From NCBI GenBank assembly GCA_002269645.1, contig NIVC01001231.1, positions 1-64,000 on the forward strand: a stretch of 64,000 nucleotides of DNA, given 5' to 3'. The notes below the pieces were generated by a model. The model worked only from the letters and a program-made list of their open reading frames with translations, searched no databases and was not told where the DNA came from. This DNA comes from Macrostomum lignano (Eukaryota). Each line of letters opens with the position of its first letter. Positions within the stretch are counted from its first letter, which is position 1. Shown piece by piece: positions 23,687-35,534 of this stretch. The position numbers and the translations under genes are program-made.

Positions 23687-26600
23687 TGTCATGATGGCTA
23701 ATTATGTGGAGCACAATGTTATTTAGTTGTCAGTCAATGAGAGTTTAGGGGCATGGTCGTGCTTGCGGCCAAGCCAAATCGAGCGCTTGTATTTTAGAAC
23801 TGAAAGAAGGCATAGACACAGAAAGATGGTATTGATATACTCGCTTACAACTCGAAGGATTAACAAAGTTTGGACATAGACACAGTTTAAGCACATACGT
23901 ATTGGCTGCATTAACGGATCATAAGGCATAACATGTCCCCCCTTAGGTGAACGAGATTGGATTCAAAACGTAGAACATTATGAGCAACAGGAATTACAAA
24001 AAGCGCTTATAAAAGTTCAGAGCAATCAGGAACTTTGCATCAGTAAATCAGGGAAGGAAGCGGTCGGGCACGCGGCGGGTGCGGGTGCTCCTTCGCAGCG
24101 CCGCAGCTTCCTGGTGATCTTCCGCGGGCTGCTGCTGCTCACCTTGTTCAGGATCTCCGGTAGCGCCCTCCTCCTCCTCCTCAGCCACCGAAAAAGGTGC
24201 GAGTTGATTGTTGCTGGCCAGTCGCAGCTTGTCTTCGTCCAGCAGCCAGGAGGTGTTGTGCCCGCGCGACATTAGAAACTCGGCCTTGGAGGGCGGAGTG
24301 TCAGCGTTAGGCCTGTAGACCACAAAGTCACCCTGCTGAAACGCAGACACGACCGGGACCCGGAGAGGGCGTCCGAAGAGTAGCTCAGCCGGTCGCTTTC
24401 CGCGCCACAGTGAGGAGTTGCGGTGGTGCAGGAGCACTTTCTGTAAATAGGAAATGAAGTCGCAATGCGTGAGGCGCTGCGTCCATGCCCGTAGGGCTCG
24501 CTTCACTGTCTGCACGGCACGCTCGGCCGCGCCGTTCGATTGCGGTGAGTAAGGTGGCGTTTCTAATTTTCGCGCTCCGTTGGCCTGCAGCCAGCTCAAC
24601 AGCGTTTCGGATGTGAATTCGGCACCGTTGTCGGACACAACTACCTCTGGAACCCCAAATCGGCTAAAAACGGTTCGGAGGCACTTCACGACACTGTTCG
24701 CAGACCTGTCCTTGGTAGGTAATGCCTCGATCCATCCGGAGAAAGCATCCACAACTATTAGAATGTTTCCTGCTTCAGGCACAAAGGCCCAGTCGATGTG
24801 AATCCTTTGGAATGGGCCCGAGGTTTGGGGCCAGGTGTCACGTGATTTCATTAGACGCGGTCTTAGTTTCGCGCAGGCTGAACATTGGTGTACAAACTTT
24901 TCAACGTCCTGGTGCATGCCAGGCCACCAGCAGGTCAGTGACAGCAGATTAAAGGTTGCGGAAACCCCTGAGTGAGTATCGTGGACCGAATTGAATGCCT
25001 CTAACCGCAAACGGGGCGGGATGAAGACACGCCTCTTCATATGCAACATACCATCCTCGATTGTCAGGCACTCGGAGACCTTTTTGAAAGGCAGCTCGGC
25101 TTCTGAGCAGTTTTTCCAGTTGCCTGACCGGACCCGCCTGAGTACCCGTTGGGCCAGAGAGTCAGCGGATAGCTCGAATGCAATGCGCTGAGGGTCTAGC
25201 TTAGGGGACTCGAATGATACACAGTTAATCTCAGTGAAAGTTGCCTTCGGCTCAGGTTCTGTATCGGTGAACGGGAGCCGCGATAGAGCATCGGCATGCG
25301 GGATTCTTGCTCCTGGAACATACTTAATCGTGAAGTCGAACTGCATCAAATACAAAGCCCATCGGCTAATTCTTGCCGAAGTGCTCGTAGGAATCGCACC
25401 TCCAAAGAGCCGCAGCAGTGGCTGGTGGTCTGTCTGGATCGTGAACCTCCGGCCCTGAAGGTAGTGCTTTAGCCGGCACACAGCCCAAAAAATGGCAAGG
25501 GCCTCCCTCTCGATGTTCGAATAATTCTCCTCCGCCTGTGAAAGTGTCCTGGATATAAAGATAACTGGGTGCCCTTCTTGTGTCAGAACACCAGCCAGCG
25601 CCCCTTTGGAAGCATCTGTTGTCAACGTAACCTCTTTCTCAAGGCTGTAGGGTTGTACCACTGGTCTCGTTGAAATTTCCTTCTTCAAGTTCTCGAAGGC
25701 CTGAGTGCAGTCACCCGACCAGACAAAAGGAGTGTTTGGCTTTCGCAGCCGATTCAGAGGCGCAACCTTGGAAGAGAACTCCGGGATCAAGCGTCCAAAA
25801 AAGTTGACAAGACCCAGAAACTGCTCGATTTCCTTTCTGGATGTCGGTTGGGCAACGTGCCGAATCTTCTCCACCAGCTTGTCATCAGGCCAAATTCCGG
25901 CTGGCGAGATCTTGAAGCCGAGGAAGGTGATCTCGTCGCATAAATCGATACACTTTTTCTCATTGATGCTTACTTTCTTTTCTACCAGCCTGGTCTTGAC
26001 TGCGCTCAGCCTCTTGCCAAGCGAGTCAGCGTTCTCAGCAAATACAAGGACGTCATCTTGGTAGATGAGGATGCCTTTTAAGTCCGCCAGGATGTTCTCC
26101 ATTGCCCTTTGAAATATGAACGAGGCATTCTTCATGCCCATTTGCAATCGCTTGACTCGATAGAGTCCGCGGGAGGTGTTTATTGTTGAAAGCTCTTGCG
26201 CATCCTCGTCAAGAGCGATCTGCCAATACGCTGATCGCAGATCCACTTTGGCAAATTTCTTAGCATTTTTCAGTTTTGCAAAAAGGTGCTCAGTGGAAGG
26301 AATAGGATAAGACTCGGACTTAATCTTTGCATTTACATGCACCTTGTAATCAGCACACATTCTGAGCGAACCATCGGACTTTTTCACCCATACCACGGGA
26401 GACGCATTACTTACCGGCCCTTCCACAGGCTCGATAACACCCAGCTGCTGCAGCTTGTCCAGCTCAGCATTGATCTGCTCCTCCATAGCTAGTGGGATAG
26501 GACGAGCGCGGCAGAACTGGGGCTTGGCCCCCTCAACAAGCTCCATGTGAGCTTTAACACCCTTGATTGTTGGCAGGAGCTCCACTTTAGGCGGTTCCGG

Positions 26601-28062
26601 AACGGCGGATGCGTGGAAGAGGGCATCCGAGCCTAGCAAGTCTCTCCCCAAAAGGCCGAATGGTTTTGAGGATGAAACAACCATAAGCTCTACCGGGTGC
26701 AGGCGTTTACGCAGTTCGACAACCGCTACAAGCTTTCCCAGCGTCTTCAGGCTGTGCCCATCGTACGCTTCTAGCCGCCGATTGCACTTTTCCAGCTTCG
26801 GCTGATTCAGGTCGTCCCATATCTTTGATGACAGCACAGAGACGGAGGCACCAGTGTCCACCTGCATGGGGATCTTGACTCCATCGAGTAGCATGGTCTC
26901 GGAGGCCTCTGAAATAGCGTGTACTTGGCCCGCAGCAGAGAGATGGAGAAGATCGGGGCAATCAGAGTTCGAATCGTTGAACGTAGCCTCTGCATGATGA
27001 ACACCTTTCCCCGATGAAACTTTGGAGCGGCACACCGAGGCGAAATGGTTGCGCTTGTTACATTTTGTGCATGTCTTTCCGTAGGCAGGGCACATGCCTG
27101 CGATGTGAGATTTGCCACAGTACTTGCAATCAAGGATTTTACGAGCCTGAGTGTTCGCAGCGTTCGGTGGATGACCGGCCTTGGCAAAATGCACAACTTC
27201 TTCGACTCCACGGCCGCCGACATTCTCTGTAGTCGGTGGCATTCCGGATGTCTCGTTACGCTCCACGAATTTTGCCACCTGCTCCAGGTTCCGGACGTGA
27301 TCGACGATGTCCGAGGTTGACAACTCTTTAGCCGTATCCTGCATCGTGCCGAGCACACGCCGTTGATGATCCACGTTGCACATCCCCGCCAATAGTGCCA
27401 GCCGTACCATTTCTTCCTCCGGGCTTTGGCAATCCTTCAGTTTATCAAACTCGCAATGGGCCGCCGCCTTCCTCAGGCAAGAAAGAAAATCTGCGATAGA
27501 TTCGTCTTTGCTCTGACGGAGGGCAAAGAACTTCGTCCGTTCAGCCACCACCAGGCGCTTCTTGGGCTGCAGGTAGGCAGTGATCGCAGTCTCCAGCTCT
27601 TGGAACGATAAATTCTCAATTTCAGTTGGAGCCACCAGGTGCGTAATCTTCTCAAGGCTGACTAGTCCACAGGAGGCCACAAAGTTGTCTGCGATGGTTT
27701 TCGATTCCGCTGAATCCATCCACTTCTTGGCGCGGGCCGGAGCCTTGAATGCTTTCAGCCATGTCAGTGCTCGCTCAGCGTTGCTCAGGTCCAGGTTGCC
27801 AAGATGCGACGCCATTGTCATGATGGCTAATTATGTGGAGCACAATGTTATTTAGTTGTCAGTCAATGAGAGTTTAGGGGCATGGTCGTGCTTGCGGCCA
27901 AGCCAAATCGAGCGCTTGTATTTTAGAACTGAAAGAAGGCATAGACACAGAAAGATGGTATTGATATACTCGCTTACAACTCGAAGGATTAACAAAGTTT
28001 GGACATAGACACAGTTTAAGCACATACGTATTGGCTGCATTAACGGATCATAAGGCATAACA
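23687..28062 (-). mobile_element. Full-length Ty3/Gypsy LTR retrotransposon (Mag-like), 4376 bp
   Basis: 247-bp LTRs TG...CA at 23687-23933 and 27816-28062 with no difference seen; 5-bp TSD GAGAC; PBS TGGCG right after the 5' LTR; PPT AAGGGGGGA before the 3' LTR. Confidence 0.95.
24048..27821 (-). CDS. Gag-Pol polyprotein (1257 aa), intact
   Basis: Double Zn knuckle CKYCGKSH..C / CTKCNKRNHFASVC; protease VDTGAS; RT YQDD; RNase H TDASKG; integrase HHCC plus D,D,E (IHIDW, SDNGAEF, NGAAER); domain order PR-RT-RH-IN. Confidence 0.95.
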   Translation of the reverse strand: MTMASHLGNLDLSNAERALTWLKAFKAPARAKKWMDSAESKTIADNFVASCGLVSLEKITHLVAPTEIENLSFQELETAITAYLQPKKRLVVAERTKFFALRQSKDESIADFLSCLRKAAAHCEFDKLKDCQSPEEEMVRLALLAGMCNVDHQRRVLGTMQDTAKELSTSDIVDHVRNLEQVAKFVERNETSGMPPTTENVGGRGVEEVVHFAKAGHPPNAANTQARKILDCKYCGKSHIAGMCPAYGKTCTKCNKRNHFASVCRSKVSSGKGVHHAEATFNDSNSDCPDLLHLSAAGQVHAISEASETMLLDGVKIPMQVDTGASVSVLSSKIWDDLNQPKLEKCNRRLEAYDGHSLKTLGKLVAVVELRKRLHPVELMVVSSSKPFGLLGRDLLGSDALFHASAVPEPPKVELLPTIKGVKAHMELVEGAKPQFCRARPIPLAMEEQINAELDKLQQLGVIEPVEGPVSNASPVVWVKKSDGSLRMCADYKVHVNAKIKSESYPIPSTEHLFAKLKNAKKFAKVDLRSAYWQIALDEDAQELSTINTSRGLYRVKRLQMGMKNASFIFQRAMENILADLKGILIYQDDVLVFAENADSLGKRLSAVKTRLVEKKVSINEKKCIDLCDEITFLGFKISPAGIWPDDKLVEKIRHVAQPTSRKEIEQFLGLVNFFGRLIPEFSSKVAPLNRLRKPNTPFVWSGDCTQAFENLKKEISTRPVVQPYSLEKEVTLTTDASKGALAGVLTQEGHPVIFISRTLSQAEENYSNIEREALAIFWAVCRLKHYLQGRRFTIQTDHQPLLRLFGGAIPTSTSARISRWALYLMQFDFTIKYVPGARIPHADALSRLPFTDTEPEPKATFTEINCVSFESPKLDPQRIAFELSADSLAQRVLRRVRSGNWKNCSEAELPFKKVSECLTIEDGMLHMKRRVFIPPRLRLEAFNSVHDTHSGVSATFNLLSLTCWWPGMHQDVEKFVHQCSACAKLRPRLMKSRDTWPQTSGPFQRIHIDWAFVPEAGNILIVVDAFSGWIEALPTKDRSANSVVKCLRTVFSRFGVPEVVVSDNGAEFTSETLLSWLQANGARKLETPPYSPQSNGAAERAVQTVKRALRAWTQRLTHCDFISYLQKVLLHHRNSSLWRGKRPAELLFGRPLRVPVVSAFQQGDFVVYRPNADTPPSKAEFLMSRGHNTSWLLDEDKLRLASNNQLAPFSVAEEEEEGATGDPEQGEQQQPAEDHQEAAALRRSTRTRRVPDRFLP

Positions 28063-28926
28063 GAGACCTGAGGTATATTTGACTGCTGGAAAATTAACCG
28101 TTAGCTTTAACCATCATATCAGTTTTCTTTTTTCTATTTTCAGAAAAAAACGATCACATACCGACATAGATAGATACCGATAAACCATTTTTAGTATATG
28201 GATTTAGTATATTTAGACTAACCTCTCGGCGGCTGCTTGTGTTGAGTTTTTCATCTCCAGCATTTCCTTTTCCTGCCATTTCCTTACCCTCAGCTTTCGT
28301 TTTACGCCGTTTGCGCTTAAATAGAAATCATTTTTGAGCTCGCTTTAACCCTCTCCAATTCTGATTGGCTCTTGCATGGCTTGGTCCCTATTAATTTCAT
28401 CCTCAACATCAGTCGTTGCTTGCTGATTGGATAGATCTTAGTCGACCCCGTAGCTTCGCTCGCTTCTTCACTGAGTTTCAGCCCTACATTGTATTTTTGG
28501 CTTGGGAAATATCCCATGAGCTATCTCATTGCCACTGCTGTTTCAGGCCTGCAAAGGGTCTGTGATTGCGTTCACGCCGGCGTTACCCCAGCTTAAATTT
28601 CTTTAGACATCTTCGACAATCTTCGACAGAAAATATAAACAGCGTTGTACGATCACCTGATCTAAACACTGAATGAGCTACGTACGTAGAACTGTAATTT
28701 GTTCTTTTTAAGGCTCTCCTTCAGAAAAAAGATTGCTTTTTAGGACTGTGCTGGCTACAATGCAAAAACTTCTGTGACAACTGGGACCCTAGCTTGTAAA
28801 ACATCAGATGAGCGAGGATTCTGGTTGTTTATATAGTTTAGGGTTCAACTTTGACACGTATCCAAGAATGCTCTAAAATTAAGTTAAATTTACACAGCAA
28901 AGCTGACGTTATGCAGTGCTTAAAAG

Positions 28927-30882
28927 ATGTACTTCAACAGCGAAGGCATCAGCGAAGCCGCATCATCGCCTAGTCTGTGCGACTTTCGACGCTGTGCAGC
29001 CGCTGGCGATGCGCATTTCCGGCTTCCACCGGATGACGGAAGCTCCTCTGTCGACGCCTTCAACGCTGACACCCCGTTGAGCTACAAACGGTCCCCAGAT
29101 CGAAGCAGAAAGACCTATAAGCTTACTCGAGTCATCACTGCGGAAATTTGCCTGACCCCGGACTTGCAGCAGGCGGTTGGCAGGTCACGGTCAGCTGTGG
29201 ATTCAAGGCCTCTCTCAGAGAGTTCAGTTGTATCGTCACTGAACGAGAAAGCGACTGCAAGCAGGAGGACTCACTGCTTCTTCGAGAGTATATTCCTCAG
29301 GAGTCTGCCGGTTACTCCAGCTAGGGAAGTATCTCACAATTTGCTGCTCGAGTCCTGCACACCTATGCCAACGCCAGTGGAGGCAGACAGATCAGTAATC
29401 AAGACAGTGAGGAAGCATTGGTGCATCGTGTTTTGTAGCTCAACTCCGGCACAGGTGCTACCATCGCCAAGGTCGTACTTGGTCCCGTCGAATCTCGACT
29501 GTCCCTGCAACCTTCGCTGCATTGACTGTCCGACTGGAGACGCCATCGAATGGCCATCGAGTGAACAAAACATTCTGCAGAAGTGCAGTTCAATGACACG
29601 CCGCGTCAACCGCAGCTTTCAATATTCTCTCGAGCATCCAATTACATCCTGCGTCTCTGACGACCCATCACCTGTCTTGGCCGTAGAATTCAAGGAGGAA
29701 TTCAACCTTCAGCTGGAGCTGCTGTACCAGCAACCACAGAGCTGTCAAAGCTGTGCAGAGTCTACAAGCGAGTCAATTAACCTACAACCGGCTGTTTCTC
29801 GGCGAGAAAAAGTACTTTTCTACTGTGAGCTTTCCGACTGTGACGAGACTGTGACGGACTGGCAGATGGCTGCATTTTACAAGCTGCAATGTCACCCCAT
29901 GACTGCACGTTGCATCAGGGAGAAACCGACTGCGTCAGCTGATTGGCGAATGGAGCAGTGGCGCATACAGTGCAACGAGCCACAGTGCGAACCTCTCACT
30001 GAGGTCCTGTGTCCGGCTTTGCATTACTCAAGTGGAGCCAGTACTGGCGACTGCGGCTGCACTACCGACTGTCAACAAATGAAGCTTCAGTGGCCGCCTG
30101 CACCTGATCCACATTCATCACATCGAACTCGCGACAGCGACTGCTGCACATCAGTTGGCTACTCAAATGTGCACTCAGCACCAGAACGACGTGGAGACAA
30201 GAGATGGCGGCAGCGTCGGCGAGCTCCCTTGGATTCACCGTCAGCTTCGGCGGTCTCAACTCACTCAGCAGAGACCGAATCAGCCGTACTGCATACGGCC
30301 ATTGCAAGAGGCGGATTCGACCACCTTCTGCAGACGCTGGAGAGGGCGAGACTGCGGTACAGCGGCTCTGCTGTCTCTGCAACTTTCTCGTGTCCAGGGA
30401 CGGGTAGTGGACGACGTCGCCGGAGGCAGCAGAGCAAGGCGTGCAGCTTTCAGACATGCCCTGCAATCTGCGATTTTGGCAGCGAACATGATAGAAATGA
30501 GGAGATTGAAGACGAAGATGTCGAGGAGTCTGAGCTTGAGAACACGCAGGTACTCGACGGAAACCAGTCGAATTTCGAAGACAACGACTGCAGCGATGAG
30601 TTCTGTGCCTACGACACTCAATATTGCAGCTGCAACTTTAGAACTTGTTGCTGCGAAGGCGACTATCAGTGCAATGACGGTCTTGCAGAGCCATCTGTGC
30701 AGCCTCTTATCGACCATTCGACCGCAACTCAGCGGGAGCGCCGGGAGGCGAAAATCATCGACTCCATGTCGCAGTCGCTGCTCACGCTAACGAAGAGCTT
30801 GGAGTCGTGCGTGCGTCACATCCGCGGCACAGTGGCGGAGCTGCAGAGCTGCAGCGAATCAGATTCAATCGTATATAGTTAG
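28927..30882 (+). CDS. Intronless ORF of unknown function (651 aa), copy 2
   Basis: Highly similar to 9361-11289 over its whole length, with only in-frame indels. Confidence 0.65.
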   Translation: MYFNSEGISEAASSPSLCDFRRCAAAGDAHFRLPPDDGSSSVDAFNADTPLSYKRSPDRSRKTYKLTRVITAEICLTPDLQQAVGRSRSAVDSRPLSESSVVSSLNEKATASRRTHCFFESIFLRSLPVTPAREVSHNLLLESCTPMPTPVEADRSVIKTVRKHWCIVFCSSTPAQVLPSPRSYLVPSNLDCPCNLRCIDCPTGDAIEWPSSEQNILQKCSSMTRRVNRSFQYSLEHPITSCVSDDPSPVLAVEFKEEFNLQLELLYQQPQSCQSCAESTSESINLQPAVSRREKVLFYCELSDCDETVTDWQMAAFYKLQCHPMTARCIREKPTASADWRMEQWRIQCNEPQCEPLTEVLCPALHYSSGASTGDCGCTTDCQQMKLQWPPAPDPHSSHRTRDSDCCTSVGYSNVHSAPERRGDKRWRQRRRAPLDSPSASAVSTHSAETESAVLHTAIARGGFDHLLQTLERARLRYSGSAVSATFSCPGTGSGRRRRRQQSKACSFQTCPAICDFGSEHDRNEEIEDEDVEESELENTQVLDGNQSNFEDNDCSDEFCAYDTQYCSCNFRTCCCEGDYQCNDGLAEPSVQPLIDHSTATQRERREAKIIDSMSQSLLTLTKSLESCVRHIRGTVAELQSCSESDSIVYS

Positions 30883-33654
30883 TATTTATCTCAATACCTG
30901 TCGCAAGTAACTTGCAGCGAAGCCTACTGTATGAGTTTGTATATGAGCATGAATTTGTAAAGTATCATACATTTGTATTTCATTTTTTGATGAACAGCTG
31001 CAGACGAGTAAAAAAGAAAGCTGATTGTTGACTCGATCAGCATTGATTTTTTATAACTGGAGGCAGCCATTTTTGGCAAGCAGCGAGGATTTTGGCTGTT
31101 CAAATCGAAGCTTTTGTTTTTCAAGGTCTAGATCCCTGTGCGAGCATACATACCACAGTTTTATACCTTGTAGCTAATCCAAGTTGCTTTAGTTAGTGAT
31201 TAATTGGATGTAGGCTTACAAATGGCCTCCTTAGGGCTTACCCAGGAGGGACTACGCTTTCAAGACTCGAATTGCGCAAAACTGGTTGACTGCATTATGA
31301 ACTTGATCGCTGAATTGTCCTCTTCGAACAAAATGTTCATTTTCTGGGGTGTATACGTACACCCCATGCAATAATAAATAGAGAACCATAATCTTAGTCA
31401 TGAAGTGATCATAGTTGAAAACGAAGGAGAAAAGCGCCAAAATGAATTGAAGAAAGCGAATTTAAAGCTGAAATCCTGTAATTGTTTTTAAAACGCAAGT
31501 GTTTTTAAGGTATTATGTAGTTATTTAGGTTGTTGAACTGTATTTTTTAGGTACGAATTCGAATTGGATTTAATAGGACGAACGTTTTTAGTTTCACGTG
31601 TTTCACTTATTGTGCCAGTTCTGATCGCTAGACAGTGACTCTAATCGCAGGGAAATTTTATTGTAAAGTACCTGGGTGCCTGAAAGACATGTGAGAAATT
31701 TTAAAACTAGTGTTGGCACAGTAGTTTGCGCAGGCCGCAGAGTCAATTTGTTCTTTTCATTTGAGTAACAACTGCTTAGCCTACCTAGGCCGATCCGATC
31801 ATTGTGCCAGTGAATAGTCGTAGGTTTTAACTCTAGTGGCTAGATGGTCCTAATGGCCTAAGTCTAAGATCAAGGATTAACTCAATATCACTCAACTTCA
31901 ATAGGGACACATATCTATTTTTTAAGATTAGATAGGCCCTAGGTCTATAAAATGAATGAATCCCCTATTATAAAGTCAAGGAACCTTCCTAGGCCTGAAA
32001 CCCCCTTACCCCTAGGCCCCTATCCTTTATGCTCCAGCCCCAGTAGTTGGTTTAAAGCTATGCCACACAGTTTAAATTTGAAATTTGTACCTTTGTATCA
32101 ATAAAATATATCTAGGTCTATTTATAGACATAGACTAGCAATCTAGTCATTCTAGTGCCCCCTTTGGGGTGTACAATAAGCTAAGAGCAAAAATTGTTCA
32201 TGAAAAATATTTAAAAAAGCTCATTTTCTTTTCTTAAGCATATTTCCTTCTTCAGTTTTATAAATAATCTTATTCAAGTAAAATTAAATTGTCATAGAAA
32301 AATATGTTTACTATGAAATCTCTTTCTTTTTTTCTAAAATTAATAGAAATAAAACAAAATATAGTTTTCACGAATAGAGGCCTAATAGACATTCCCCCTA
32401 AATAGAAAACATCCCCAAGATAAGCAAGCAAGCATCCTCTTAAATAGCAAATAGCAAAATAGATAGCAAGTATCTACCCAGATAGCAAGCATCTTCCTAG
32501 AGGCCAGATAGTAGGCCTAAGCATCCCCCCAAACAAAAAAACAAAACAAAACAAAAACATAAATATTTTGTAGTTATATTTAAATTAATAGTGATATTTT
32601 GCAAGCTTTTCCATTGTAGAAAACCTAGGCTTACTATATATTCAAATTTGCCTTTAGCATTTAATAGCCTATTGGCAATTTATAAGCCATAGTGTGGAAC
32701 ACCCTGAATATATGTCAGACAAAAAATCTCCTACAATTTTTTTGGTATGCCAGTGTATGCCAAATTTTTTTCCAATCCAAAATTATAATCCCAGAAAAAA
32801 CAAACCTCATTTCTAATGTTGCAGTGCACTAAATGACCTTTTTTGCTCCTTTGTTTCACTTTTTTGCTTTTTTGCTTTTTTACATATATGTTCCTACAAT
32901 TCCTACACTTTTTTACTATCCATTTTTATATGCTAGATAGTATACCAAGTGTATGCCAAAGTTGTGAGTGTATACCAGATTAATCTAGCATACCACCTCT
33001 CTTTTGGACTATGGTTTATAAGCCCAGGACCCTCACTTAAGTCCCTGACCCTACCAATATATATTTTCTTTTTATCTTTTATTTCATGATAAAAATTAAT
33101 TTAATCTAGCTAGAATAACCAAAAGCCTTGCTATAAGGCCTAGTACTTATAAAACTTATCCATAGAGGGGATAAGCCTAAATATATAAAAGGACTATAGA
33201 AATTTTTTGCTAGGCTATTTTTTGTAACTAGTATTTATTTGCATGTTTATTTAATAATAATAGATATAATTCAACATATCAAAAGTTTTTTTTGATTAGA
33301 AGCATTAAAAATTCAACAAATGGTAATACAAAGAATGCTACTAAGATACCTTATAATACAATTAGACAATCTATAGATATATAATTTCTTATCTAGTGCC
33401 CTTATTAAGATGATATTAAATACTTTTTAATTATTTTTAAAACATTTTTTATGGTTTCTAAATTGTTTTTTACACTTATCTTAAAGTAGATAAGGCTACT
33501 ATTGTTTTCTAGTGAATATTTGGAATTAGATAGGTATAATCCTATATTATAATTGAGACACCCTCAATGAATTATACTAATTAGACACTTAGGCAGTAAA
33601 CAGCCTATCTACCAGTAGATATCTTATTAAATTAAATATCTAGAGATAGATACC

Positions 33655-34080
33655 CTATCTTGCAACAGACACCCTACTAGACAATGAACATCCCTATCAT
33701 ATAGTGGACATCCCTATCATATAGTAGACACCCCTATCAGACAGTGGACACCCCTATCAGATAGTGGACACCCCTATCAGACAATGGACACCCCTATCAG
33801 ATAGTGGACACCCCTATCAGACAGTGGACACCCTTATCAGACTGTGGACACCCTTAGAAACACATTGGACACCCCTAGAAACACATTGGACACCCCTAGA
33901 AACACATTGGACGCCCCTAGAAAACATTAGATACCCCTAGAAAACATTGGACACCCCAATCATGCAGTGGACACCCCAATCAGGCAGTGGACACCCCTAT
34001 TAGGCAGTGGACACCCCAATCTTGCTGTGGACACCTCAATCATGCAGTGGACACCCCAATCAGGCAGTGGACACCCCTAC
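33655..34080. repeat. ~20-bp minisatellite GTGGACACCCCTATCAGACA upstream of the FCF1 exon
   Basis: Direct reading. Confidence 0.9.
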
Positions 34081-34148
34081 CCAATAGTGGAATCGCTACC
34101 CAGCAGACACCCAAGGTTATCCTGTCCGCACCGAACAAACCCCCTCAG

Positions 34149-34751
34149 TCCAAGCGCAAGCAGGCGAAGCGGTTCGCCGCGGTGAAGCGCATGATCAGCC
34201 TTAACGATGGCCGGATCCACAAGCGCGACCGGGACAAGCCGGCCGGCAAGAAGCGGAAGCCAGCCGAGACCAACAGCGACCCACTGCCTGTTCGGCACAA
34301 GACCGCAGTCAGTTCCGCAATGTTTCTGCACTACAACACCCAGATTGGGCCGCCCTATCACATCCTGCTGGACACCAACTACGTCAACTTTGCTATTAAG
34401 AATCGCTTGGACGTGTTTCAGTCGGCCATGGACTGCCTGTACGGCAAGTGCGTCCTGTACGTCACCGACTGCGTGTTGGCCGAGATGGAGAAGATGGGCG
34501 AGAAGTACCGGGTGGCCTTGAAGATTCTGCACGATCCCCGGGTGCGCCGGCTGTCCTGCCTGCACAAGGGCACTTACGCTGACGACTGTCTGGTTCGCCG
34601 CGTCACCGATCACAAATTCTACATTGTGGCCACCTGCGATCGCGACCTGCGCAGGCGACTCCGCCGGGTGCCCGGCGTGCCCATCATGTACGTGCACGCC
34701 AGGCGGGTCACGGTCGAGCGGATGCCGGACGCGCTGGGTGCTCCGCGTTGA
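34149..34751 (+). CDS. FCF1: rRNA-processing PIN-domain protein FCF1/UTP24 (main exon; start exon not located)
   Basis: YNTQIGPPYHILLDTNYVNF, MDCLYGKC, HKGTYADDCL, YIVATCDRDL, PGVPIMY, ERMPDALGAPR match FCF1; probable acceptor CCTCAG| at 34148. The ORF-track start at 33987 lies in a minisatellite. Confidence 0.92.
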   Translation, partial: SKRKQAKRFAAVKRMISLNDGRIHKRDRDKPAGKKRKPAETNSDPLPVRHKTAVSSAMFLHYNTQIGPPYHILLDTNYVNFAIKNRLDVFQSAMDCLYGKCVLYVTDCVLAEMEKMGEKYRVALKILHDPRVRRLSCLHKGTYADDCLVRRVTDHKFYIVATCDRDLRRRLRRVPGVPIMYVHARRVTVERMPDALGAPR

Positions 34752-35534
34752 ACTGCTTGATTGACTGATTGATTGATCCGTTGAGCGACACGTTGAGTTT
34801 TGAATTCGGTATTGAAATTTGCGAAAATGGTAGATTCGGTAGTAAAATGGCAGATTCGGCAGTAAAGTTAACAGATTTGAGTGTCAAATTAACATTATGT
34901 AGAAAAATGGCAGATTCGGTAGTAAAATAGGCAGATTCGGGTGTAAACTGAAAGATTCGGTAGTAAAGCTGGTAGATTCTGTAGAAAATGGCAGATTCAG
35001 TAGTATAATTAGCAGATTTGGGTGTCAAATTAACAGAATCTGTAGAACAATGGCAGATTCGGCAGTAAAGTTGGTAAAATCAGTAGTAAAATAGGCAGAT
35101 TCGGGTGTAAAACTGGAAGATTCAATAGTACATGTAAAGCTGGTAGATTCGGTAGAAAAGTGGCAGATTCGGGTGTCATAACGCAATCTGTAGAAAAATG
35201 GCAGATTCGGTAGTAAAATAGGCAGATTCGGGTGTAAACTGAAAGATTCGGTAGAAAGGCTGGTAGATTTAAAAAAATCGGCAGAATTGGTAGTAGTAAA
35301 AAAACAGTTAATATGGTAGTAATTTCCGTTGTCAATGCTGATTGTAAATATAACTCATATAAATATAAGTTTGATAAGCAAACCCGCTTGTCCAGTGCAA
35401 CCATTTTCAGTTATGGTCTCTTGGAATTTCAAGTTTCATTCTCTCTGCGTATGCAGAACGTGTGCTTTTTGGAAAATTGAATAATTTGGAAACTCCTGTC
35501 TCAGGAGTTTCCAAATTAGCAAGTTTAGCAGTTT

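Noticed and set aside
23723-28058. Identical 68-aa ORFs in both LTRs
   Set aside because: They are a by-product of LTR identity and show no coding features.
30155-30790. 211-aa overlapping plus-strand frame within orphan ORF copy 2
   Set aside because: In copy 1 the equivalent frame is reported only as shorter pieces (10733-10936 and 10940-11224), so it is not conserved as one ORF.
31200-33650. AT-rich region (also 18600-19700)
   Set aside because: No ORFs, terminal repeats or other structure that I can support.
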